Shown here: positions 56,518 to 64,000 of the stretch, in pieces | How the letters are laid out: each line of letters begins with the position of its first letter | Numbering within the stretch: the first letter of the stretch is position 1 | Assembly (NCBI GenBank): GCA_040767085.1 | Contig: JAXGPF010000008.1 | Coordinates: 160,001-224,000, forward strand | Length of the DNA stretch: 64,000 bases | Direction of reading: 5' to 3' | Origin: Kiritimatiellia bacterium | Lineage (GTDB): Bacteria; Verrucomicrobiota; Kiritimatiellia; JAAZAB01 | Program-made: the position numbers and the translations under genes | The notes under the pieces: model-generated | What the model saw: the letters and a program-made list of their open reading frames with translations, nothing else | Told to the model about the DNA's origin: nothing | The model's database searches: none

Positions 56518-57960
56518 TATCTGGGTCTGGATTTGGGCGGCACCAGCGCCAAGGCGGCGGTATTCGACCGCACCGGCCGCGCGCTGGGATTCGGACGCGT
56601 CGCTTATACAACAGCCGCGCCCGCCGCCGGCTGGGCGGAGACGCCGATCGCTGCGATCCATGCTGCCGCGCGGGAAGCGGTGCGCGCGGCGTTGCGCGCG
56701 GGCCCGGGCGCGGTCCGCGCCATGGCGGTCTCTTCCCAGGGCCAGACGTTTGTGGCGCTGGACGAATCCGACCGGCCGCTGTACCCGGCGATCATGTGGT
56801 ACGACAGCCGCGCCGCGGCCCAGGCGGAGCAATTGGCCGCCCGGTTCGCCGCCCGGCAGGCCGGCCCGGGGGGCATGTCGCCGATTGCGACCGCGGCCAA
56901 GATCATGTGGCTGAAGGAAAATTATCCCGAGCGGCTGCGCCGCGCGCGCCGCTACCTGTTATTGCCGGACTATTTTGCCTACCACCTTGCCGGACGGGCG
57001 GTCATAGATGATAATACCGCCGGCACAACCGGGTTGTACCTGGAAAAATCCGCCGATTTCAGCGCTCCAGCCTTGGAAATATGCGGCATTGCCAGGGGGC
57101 AGCTGGCGGAAATTGCGCCGCCTGGCAGCTTCATCGGCCCGCTTTTGCCGGACCGCGCCGCGGCTTGGGGGCTGGCGCCGGAAACCCTGCTCGTCGTCGG
57201 CACCAACGACCAATATGCCGGCGCGCTGGGCGCCGGCAACTGCCGGCCCGGCATGGTCACGGTGGCCTTTGGCACCTGTCTGGCCTTGCTGACGCTGACG
57301 CGCGCCCCGGCCGGCCGGCTCCCGCCGGGGCTATACGACGGCAAATTCCCCGTGCCGGGCTTACGTTACCGGCTGGCCTTCGCCAAAACCGCCGGCGTGT
57401 TGCTGGATTGGTTCCGCCGCGAATTAGGCGGGCAGTTGTCTTTCGACGAGTTGAACGCCGCCGCGCAGGCCGTACCGCCCGGCAGCCGGGGCTTGACGGT
57501 TTGCCCGCATTTTGACGGGCGGGTTTCGCCGGCGCCGGACAGCAGTCTGCGCGGCGCTCTGTTGCATCTGACGCTGCAACACACCCGGGGCGATGTTTAC
57601 CGGGCGCTGCTGGAAGCCCTGGCTTTTTGCCTGCGCGAAAACCTGGAAATGCTGGAACGCCACGGGCTGCCGGCGGAAATTGTGCGTGTGATCGGCGGCG
57701 GCGCCGGCAATGACTTCTGGATGCAGATGCAGGCGGACATTACCGGGCACGACATAGAAAGGCCGGCCCTGGCTGAAGCCGCTGCGCTGGGCGCCGCCAT
57801 GCTGGCCATGGCCGGCGCCGCCGGTCCGGGCGCGGACCTGGCGGAAATCAGCGCCGGTTGCAGCCGGCCCGGCCGCGTCTTCCGTCCCGCGCCCGACCCG
57901 GCGGCCGCTTACGCCGCGGCCTACCGGCGATACCTGGCAGCCATGCCGGCCGGCGGCTAG
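56503..57960 (+). CDS. FGGY carbohydrate kinase (xylulokinase-like)
   Basis: LGLDLGGTSAK, IMWYDSR, AKIMWLKE, GTNDQ, ALLEALA, GGGA, AAALGAAMLA. Confidence 0.92.
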   Translation: MKSEIYLGLDLGGTSAKAAVFDRTGRALGFGRVAYTTAAPAAGWAETPIAAIHAAAREAVRAALRAGPGAVRAMAVSSQGQTFVALDESDRPLYPAIMWYDSRAAAQAEQLAARFAARQAGPGGMSPIATAAKIMWLKENYPERLRRARRYLLLPDYFAYHLAGRAVIDDNTAGTTGLYLEKSADFSAPALEICGIARGQLAEIAPPGSFIGPLLPDRAAAWGLAPETLLVVGTNDQYAGALGAGNCRPGMVTVAFGTCLALLTLTRAPAGRLPPGLYDGKFPVPGLRYRLAFAKTAGVLLDWFRRELGGQLSFDELNAAAQAVPPGSRGLTVCPHFDGRVSPAPDSSLRGALLHLTLQHTRGDVYRALLEALAFCLRENLEMLERHGLPAEIVRVIGGGAGNDFWMQMQADITGHDIERPALAEAAALGAAMLAMAGAAGPGADLAEISAGCSRPGRVFRPAPDPAAAYAAAYRRYLAAMPAGG

Positions 57961-57994
57961 CCCGCGCTGGCCGGCCGCGCGCGGCCGCCGCAAT

Positions 57995-58855
57995 TCATCC
58001 GAACAAATGCTCGAGCGAGTCGTTGGCCGAAACCATCTTGCCGCCCGCGCTGTCTTCGAAGCGGCCATGCACCCATTTGCGCAGGCGGTACAGCGTGGCG
58101 AAGGTGAAAGACGGCGGTTCCCCGCCCTGGCCGCCCACCAGTTCGCCGCCGCGCCGGACATTATCCACCATCCATGCCGGCAGGCGCAGGTGGTAGGGAT
58201 TGCGCTGGACTTCGCCGGTGTGCAGCGCCAGGGCCGCCACCAGGTCGGCCACGTCGGCTACGCTGGATTCGATCATTAAATTCGGCTGCGGCAGCGGCGC
58301 CCAGTACTCGGTTTCGCACACCCAGCAGCAGAATTCCTTGCCGGTGTCGGACAAGGCATCGGTCACCAGGGCATTGACGCCGACATGGGTGGTGTTGGCG
58401 TCGCCGGCGTGCGGGCAGAAAATCATGCGCGGCTGATGCTGGCGCAGCAGGCCGGATATGACCGGCAAGGCCTGGCGCCAGGCGTCCGGGTGCTGCCGGC
58501 GCTGGTCCAGGTTGATTTTCTCCAGGCCGCCGGGCGCAGCCAGGAGCGTTTCGAAGCCGAGGAAGTCGCAGGCCTGGCGCAGTTCCTGCCAGCGTTCCTG
58601 GCGGCGGTCTTTGCGGCTTCCGAGCGTCACGGCGATGTCTATCACGCGCATCCTCAGTTCCCGCAAAAGCCGCAGGGGCAGGGCGCCGATGATGCATTCA
58701 TCGTCAGGATGCGGGGCGAAGATCAACGCCCGCGGCGCCGCGGCCGGGGGCGGTTTGCGGCCGGCCGCGGGCGCGGGGCGCGGCCCGCGGGGCGACACTC
58801 CCACGTTCAACAAACGTGCTTGTTCAGCCACGAATTTATGATAAACATGCCGCAT
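57995..58855 (-). CDS. PIG-L/LmbE family deacetylase
   Basis: FAPHPDDE motif, ERWQELRQACDFLG, DANTTH; GGAGGAG RBS. Confidence 0.88.
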   Translation of the reverse strand: MRHVYHKFVAEQARLLNVGVSPRGPRPAPAAGRKPPPAAAPRALIFAPHPDDECIIGALPLRLLRELRMRVIDIAVTLGSRKDRRQERWQELRQACDFLGFETLLAAPGGLEKINLDQRRQHPDAWRQALPVISGLLRQHQPRMIFCPHAGDANTTHVGVNALVTDALSDTGKEFCCWVCETEYWAPLPQPNLMIESSVADVADLVAALALHTGEVQRNPYHLRLPAWMVDNVRRGGELVGGQGGEPPSFTFATLYRLRKWVHGRFEDSAGGKMVSANDSLEHLFG

Positions 58856-58922
58856 GCCGTACTCCTCCTTGCAACAATGAAACGCTGGAAAGCAATTTGA
58901 TTAAATCAGTTTAAAGCTGCTG

Positions 58923-58950
58923 TTGCAAATAAAAACGCAAACTGTATCAT
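58923..58950 (+). promoter_or_regulatory. Sigma70-like promoter
   Basis: TTGCAA (58923-58928), 16 bp, TATCAT (58945-58950). Confidence 0.55.
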
Positions 58951-59022
58951 AGGGCGCGCGTCCGGTCAGGGTCCCCGCGGGCCCGGGGCGCGCGATGACT
59001 GCAAGCAACCCGGGAGCAAACC

Positions 59023-60777
59023 ATGCATGACGGTTTAAAGCAATTTCTGACGGCGCGCGATTTCCTGCTGCGCGCCGCCTCCTTCGAGGAAATGCGCCGC
59101 GAATTCCGCTGGCCCGACCCCGTTCAGTTCAACTGGGCGCTGGATTATTTTGACGGATGCGCCCTCGGCAATCGGGCGCCGGCGTTGATCATGGAGGATG
59201 AATCCGGCGCCGAAACCATCTGCAGTTTTGACGAGTTGCGCCGGCGCTCGAACGCCATGGCGAATTTTTTCAAGGAGCAGGGCGTCGCCAAGAACGATTG
59301 CCTGCTGTTGATGATGAACAATTCGCTGGAATTGTTTGTCGTGCTGCTGGCAGCCATAAAAATCGGGGCGGTGGTTTCGCCCGCCTCCGTGCAGTTGACC
59401 GCGGCCGATGTCCGCGATCGCCTGTCCCGCGCCAAAGTCCGGGCCGTGATGGCCGACGCAGAGTTGCTGGAAGAAACCGGGGAACTGGCCGATGTTTTGC
59501 GGCGCGCTCCGCTCAGATTCGTGAACGGCCATGCCCGCCCGGGTTGGGTGCCGCTGCAGCATGCCGAAAACTGCTCCGACCGGTTTGTCAATCCCTTGCC
59601 GACTTTTTCCACGGACCCCTGCCTGTTGTATTTTACCTCCGGTGCGACGGCGCATCCCAAGATGGTGCTGCATTCGCATGTCAGTTATCCGGTCGGGCAT
59701 CTGGTCACCATGGCCTGGATCGGTGTGCGTCCCGGCGACATGCATTACAATATCAGCGCACCGGGCTGGGGCAAGCATGCCTGGAGTTCGTTTTTTGCCC
59801 CGTGGAATGCCGGCGCCACGATTTGCCTCCGGCAATACGCCCGGTTTGACGCCCGCCGGACACTGGAATTCATCGCGCGCCGCAAGATCACCACGCTCTG
59901 CGCCCCGCCATCCGTCTGGCGGCGCTTCCTGCTGGAGGATATGGCCGCGTACCGTTTCAGCCTGCGGGAAATTGTCAGCGCCGGGGAGCCGCTCAACCCG
60001 ACAATCATCAACCGCGTGCGCCAGTGCACCGGCATCACGATCCGCGAAGGATACGGCCAGACGGAAACCGTCCTGCAGATTGGCGCCTTTCCGAACATGC
60101 CCGACCGCGCCGGCGCGATGGGCCTGGCGGCGCCCGGGTTCGACGTGGCGGTGGTCGGCCCGGACCTGCTGCCCGTGCCGCCCGGGATCGAGGGCCAGAT
60201 CGCCCTGCGCGTCTCCGCCGCGCGTCCCCTGGGTCTGATGAAAGGCTACCGCTGCGCGCGCGAACGCGAAGACGATGTTTTTGTCGGCGGATGGTACCTG
60301 ACGGGCGATATGGCGGTGCGCGATGCGGAAGGCTATTTCCAGTTTGTGGGGCGCAACGACGATGTCTTCAAATGTTCCGACTACCGCATCAGCCCGTTCG
60401 AGGTCGAGAGCATCCTGCTGGAGCATCCCGCCGTGGTCGAAGCGGCCGTGGTGGCCAGCCGCGACGATGCCCGCAACGGGTTTGTGCCCAAGGCTTTCCT
60501 CGCGCTCCGTCCCGGCTGCGAAACCACGGCGGCCATGGCGCTGGATATCTTCCGGTTCTGCCGCCAGCGCATGGCGCTTTACAAGCGCCCGCGCCGGCTG
60601 CAATTCATGCCGGAGTTGGTGAAAACCACGAGCGGCAAATTGCGCCGGGTCGAATTGCGGGAGCATGACAACCTCCTGCGGCAGCATAAACAGCGCGGCG
60701 ATCTCGAATTCATGGAGAGTGATTTTGCCGATGAGTTGCATGCCGGCCCGGCGCCGGGCGGAGCCCCCGCTACATGA
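59023..60777 (+). CDS. AMP-binding short/medium-chain acyl-CoA synthetase
   Basis: FNWALDYFD, YFTSGATAHPK, SAGEPLN, EGYGQTET, YLTGD, GRNDDVFK, KTTSGKLRR. Confidence 0.92.
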   Translation: MHDGLKQFLTARDFLLRAASFEEMRREFRWPDPVQFNWALDYFDGCALGNRAPALIMEDESGAETICSFDELRRRSNAMANFFKEQGVAKNDCLLLMMNNSLELFVVLLAAIKIGAVVSPASVQLTAADVRDRLSRAKVRAVMADAELLEETGELADVLRRAPLRFVNGHARPGWVPLQHAENCSDRFVNPLPTFSTDPCLLYFTSGATAHPKMVLHSHVSYPVGHLVTMAWIGVRPGDMHYNISAPGWGKHAWSSFFAPWNAGATICLRQYARFDARRTLEFIARRKITTLCAPPSVWRRFLLEDMAAYRFSLREIVSAGEPLNPTIINRVRQCTGITIREGYGQTETVLQIGAFPNMPDRAGAMGLAAPGFDVAVVGPDLLPVPPGIEGQIALRVSAARPLGLMKGYRCAREREDDVFVGGWYLTGDMAVRDAEGYFQFVGRNDDVFKCSDYRISPFEVESILLEHPAVVEAAVVASRDDARNGFVPKAFLALRPGCETTAAMALDIFRFCRQRMALYKRPRRLQFMPELVKTTSGKLRRVELREHDNLLRQHKQRGDLEFMESDFADELHAGPAPGGAPAT

Positions 60778-61754
60778 ACCCGCTCCGCCATCCTCTGTAT
60801 CCGCTGCGGCTGCAGCCGGCCTACCAGCATTATCTCTGGGGCGGCGACCGGATTCCGAAGGTTTTTCGCCGGGCTTTGCCGCCCGGGATTTATGCTGAGT
60901 CGTGGGAAGTGTCCGACCGGGCCGAGGGCTCGAGCATCGTGGCGGACGGACCGCTGCGGGGGTGGACCTTGGAGCGCCTGATCCGCGCCCGCGGCGCGGA
61001 GGTGCTCGGCGCCGCCCAGGCATCGGGACGTTGCCCCTGGCTGATCAAACTGATCGACGCCCGCGAGCGTTTAAGCGTCCAGGTCCACCCGGACCGCCGC
61101 GCCGCCGCGGCACATGGCGGCGAACCCAAAACCGAGGCGTGGTACGTGCTGGGCGTTGACGGCCCGGCCGCAGTTTACGCCGGATTCAAGCAGGGTGTTA
61201 GCGCCGCGGCGCTGCGGCGGGCCCTGGCCGATGCCAGCGTGGAAAATCTGCTGGAAAAAGTGCCGGTGGCCCCCGGCGATTTGATTTTTGTGCCCGGCGG
61301 CCTGGCGCATGCCATCGGCGCCGGCTGCCTGTTGCTCGAGGTGCAGCAGAATTCCAACACGACTTACCGGATTTACGACTGGGATCGCCTGGGGCCGGAT
61401 GGCCGGCCCCGGGAATTGCATGTCGAGCAGGCGTTGCGCGCCATGCACTGGGAAGCGCGTCCGGAAATTGTGCGCGCCGCGGCGTCCGGCCCCGGCGCTT
61501 GGCAGGCGCTGATCGATACGCCCTTTTTTACAATCGGCCGGCTGGCGCAGGCGTCCGCGCAGCAGCCGGCCGCCTTGCCGCCGTCGGACCGCTGCCAGGC
61601 GCTGTTTGTCGCCTCCGGCGCGGCGCGGCTGACGGCGCCGGACGGTTGGGAATGCGCATTGCCTGCCGGCAGTTCGGTCCTGATCCCCGCCGCCGTCCGC
61701 GGCTGCCGGCTGGCGCCGGACGGCGACCCGGCCGAAATCATCCGGATCGGATGA
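60774..61754 (+). CDS. manA: Class I mannose-6-phosphate isomerase (cupin)
   Basis: LWGG, AESWEVS, LIKLIDARERLSVQVHP, KTEAWY, HAIG, EVQQNSNTTYRIYDWDR, RELH. Confidence 0.9.
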   Translation: MNPLRHPLYPLRLQPAYQHYLWGGDRIPKVFRRALPPGIYAESWEVSDRAEGSSIVADGPLRGWTLERLIRARGAEVLGAAQASGRCPWLIKLIDARERLSVQVHPDRRAAAAHGGEPKTEAWYVLGVDGPAAVYAGFKQGVSAAALRRALADASVENLLEKVPVAPGDLIFVPGGLAHAIGAGCLLLEVQQNSNTTYRIYDWDRLGPDGRPRELHVEQALRAMHWEARPEIVRAAASGPGAWQALIDTPFFTIGRLAQASAQQPAALPPSDRCQALFVASGAARLTAPDGWECALPAGSSVLIPAAVRGCRLAPDGDPAEIIRIG

Positions 61755-61766
61755 CCGGCGCCGGCG

Positions 61767-62636
61767 TCATTGCAGCGGCACGGCATCGGAACGAGCCTGC
61801 TGGCCGGGATATTCCCGCGCCAGCCGGGCGTGGTCTTCCTCCGCCATGATGAAATGCAGGGCGCCCAGGTTTTCCGCCAGGTGCGCCGGGGTGCGCATGG
61901 TGGAAAGGGTGGCAACGTTGGGTTGGGCGATCAGCCAGTTGATGGCGATCTGGGCGGGCGTGGCGCCGTATTTGCGGGCTATTTCGATCAGCAGCGGCGG
62001 GGCCTGACCGATTAACAATCCTTTTTGCACCGGCCGCCAGGCGACGGTCAGGATGCCGCGGCCGGCGCAGAATCCCAGCAGTCCCGCGCGTTCCGGTTCG
62101 CGGAAGATCAGGTTGTAATGCGCCTGCGAGGCGGCAAGCGGGCGGGCCGCCAGGCCGGCGGCGGCGCGCGCGCGTTCCGGTGAAAAATTGCTGATGCCGA
62201 TCTGCCGGATGACGCCTTCCGCCGCCAGCCGGTTCATGGCCCGCATGGTTTCCTGCAAGGGAATTTCCGGATTGGGTTTGTGGATGTAATAGAGGTCCAG
62301 ATAATCCGTGCCCAACCGGCGAAGCGATCCTTCCGCGGCGCGCAAGACGTCGTCGTGCCGCAGGTGCGCGCCGGAGACCTTGGAAGCCAGGAATAAATCC
62401 GGACGCCGGCGGCCGGCAATGGCGCGGCCGACCAGCGTTTCGGCATGGCCGGCGGCATAAATTTCCGCTGTATCGATATGGGTGATGCCGGCGTCCAGGG
62501 CGCGGACAATGGCGGCAATGTCACGCGCGTCGTCGTTGGCGGGATTGCGGTTGAAATCGCCGCCCATACGCCAGGTGCCTAATCCGAAAACGGGTATTGG
62601 CCGGCCGCCGCCGGTTTTGCATGGAATTGTCATCAT
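61767..62636 (-). CDS. Aldo/keto reductase
   Basis: GLGTWRMG, IDTAEIY, ASKV, SLRRLGTDYLDLYYIH, IGISNF, AQIAINWL. Confidence 0.92.
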   Translation of the reverse strand: MMTIPCKTGGGRPIPVFGLGTWRMGGDFNRNPANDDARDIAAIVRALDAGITHIDTAEIYAAGHAETLVGRAIAGRRRPDLFLASKVSGAHLRHDDVLRAAEGSLRRLGTDYLDLYYIHKPNPEIPLQETMRAMNRLAAEGVIRQIGISNFSPERARAAAGLAARPLAASQAHYNLIFREPERAGLLGFCAGRGILTVAWRPVQKGLLIGQAPPLLIEIARKYGATPAQIAINWLIAQPNVATLSTMRTPAHLAENLGALHFIMAEEDHARLAREYPGQQARSDAVPLQ

Positions 62637-62739
62637 GAATGGCTGTCCTCGGTCCTCCGCTGCTGCGCGCCCGCCGGACATAGTAACCGGCGGCGCGCCG
62701 GCAGGCAACCGCCAAATGCGCACCCGGCGCAAATGAACA

Positions 62740-62768
62740 TTGACAAATCGCCATGCCGGCATTAAAAA
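62740..62768 (+). promoter_or_regulatory. Sigma70-like promoter upstream of the MATE leader
   Basis: TTGACA (62740-62745), 17 bp, TAAAAA (62763-62768). Confidence 0.45.
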
Positions 62769-63018
62769 CCCGCTCGAATCAATCACACGGAGAAACGATG
62801 CCAATTAGTGCCTCAAACTCTGCAAACTGCCGAAATAAACAAGAAAAATTAGCCGGCAGCTTACATGGTTCAAAGCCCGGTGCAAGTGCAGGAGGCAGGT
62901 GCAGGTGTGGTCAGTCCGGCATAGCCGGACGTGGAGATGGTTCCGGATTTGTTCCGTATCAAACTACACTTGGACTTGCAGCTCGCGCCGCCACACCGGA
63001 GGGCAGGAGCGTGCGGCC

Positions 63019-64000
63019 GTGAGCCAGCCGAACCAGAAGGCATCCGCACTCGTCGGCCGGAGCGTCAAACAGACCTTGTTCCGCATGGCTTTCCCGATGC
63101 TAGCGGGAACGTTCGCCATGAACGCCTACCACTTGACCGACACCTGGTTCGTCTCGCGCCTGGGTACGGCGTCCCTGGCCGCGATGGGATTCAGCTTCCC
63201 GGTGGTCATGCTCCTTACCTGCGTCGCCGGCGGGATTGGGAACGGGGTGGCGGCCCTGGCATCGCACGCGCTCGGTCGGCTGGCGCATGCCGATGCCGCG
63301 CGCATCGTGACCCATGGCGTGGCCTTGATGCTGGCGGTGGCGGGCGTGATGACCGCGGCGGGGTACGGCAGCATCGGCGCCATCTTCCGCCGGCTGGGAA
63401 CGGATGCGCAAACCATGCCGCTGGTGGCGGACTACATGCGCACCTGGTACCTGGGCGCCGTGTTCATGGCCCTGCCGATGCTGGGCAATGGTTTGCTGAT
63501 CGCCGCCGGCGATTCCCGGCGGGCGGCCCGGATGATGTTGCTGGGGCCCATCCTGAATACCATCCTGGATCCGATCTTGATTTACGGCTGGGGCGGGGCG
63601 CCGGCCATGGGCATCCAGGGCGCGGCCCTGGCGACCGTGCTGTCCCAGGCCGCGGCGGCAGTGTGGCTCTGCCGGCTGCTGTGGCGGGAACACCGGCTGC
63701 TGGCCTGGGCGCGCTGGCGGGCGCGGGACTGGCTGGATTCATTCCGCAGGATCATGGCCTTCGGCGTGCCCAACATCCTGAGCATGATCTTGATGCCGGT
63801 GTCCGCCGCCATCATCACCAGGCTGCTGGGCGGTTTCGGCCATGAAGCCGTGGCGGCCAGCGGTGCGGCGGGCCGCTTGGAAATGTTTGCTTTTGTCATT
63901 CCCATGGCGCTGGGGATTTCGCTGACGCCGTTTGTCAGCCAGAATTACGGCGCCGGCCGGCTGGACCGTATCCGGGAGGCAATGCGGCTCAGTCTGGGCT
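63019..64000 (+). CDS. MATE family efflux transporter; runs off the window edge
   Basis: Own translation from GTG 63019 after AGGAG: MSQPNQKASALVGRSVKQTLFRMAFPMLAGTFAMNAYHLTDTWFVSRLGTASLAAMGFSFP...LNTILDPILIYG...MGIQGAALAT. Confidence 0.93.
   Translation, partial: MSQPNQKASALVGRSVKQTLFRMAFPMLAGTFAMNAYHLTDTWFVSRLGTASLAAMGFSFPVVMLLTCVAGGIGNGVAALASHALGRLAHADAARIVTHGVALMLAVAGVMTAAGYGSIGAIFRRLGTDAQTMPLVADYMRTWYLGAVFMALPMLGNGLLIAAGDSRRAARMMLLGPILNTILDPILIYGWGGAPAMGIQGAALATVLSQAAAAVWLCRLLWREHRLLAWARWRARDWLDSFRRIMAFGVPNILSMILMPVSAAIITRLLGGFGHEAVAASGAAGRLEMFAFVIPMALGISLTPFVSQNYGAGRLDRIREAMRLSLG

Overview
GC-rich bacterial chromosome segment, roughly two-thirds GC by eye. Gene content suggests a PVC-superphylum organism such as Kiritimatiellia or Lentisphaeria, but this is inference only. 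In order it contains: (1) a housekeeping block with a parvulin PPIase, pheS, pheT, a 6S-like RNA, rarA, 5-formyl-THF cyclo-ligase and rny; (2) a lower-GC cell-envelope island (~10.5-18.3 kb) encoding a TPR protein, two tandem mosaic lipoprotein paralogues, a nested double LpoB/CsgG-like lipoprotein, a YcfL-like lipoprotein and an outer-membrane beta-barrel; (3) M42 peptidase, MBL hydrolase, GH29 fucosidase and larE; (4) a Wsp-type chemosensory operon whose output is a PP2C/SpoIIE phosphatase with a STAS/RsbW partner switch instead of a diguanylate cyclase, preceded by a helically phased 10.5-bp repeat array; (5) hpt, nadB, a DUF362/Fe-S pair, a mannitol-dehydrogenase-like gene and a G-skewed BACON/FG-GAP surface protein; (6) a DeoR-led 12-gene catabolic cluster for an unknown, probably amino/N-acyl, sugar, with short-period repeat elements in its spacers; (7) PIG-L deacetylase, acyl-CoA synthetase, phosphomannose isomerase, aldo/keto reductase and a truncated MATE transporter. 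I found no tRNA, rRNA, CRISPR array, integrase, transposase or reverse transcriptase. All product calls come from motif recognition by eye, not database searches.
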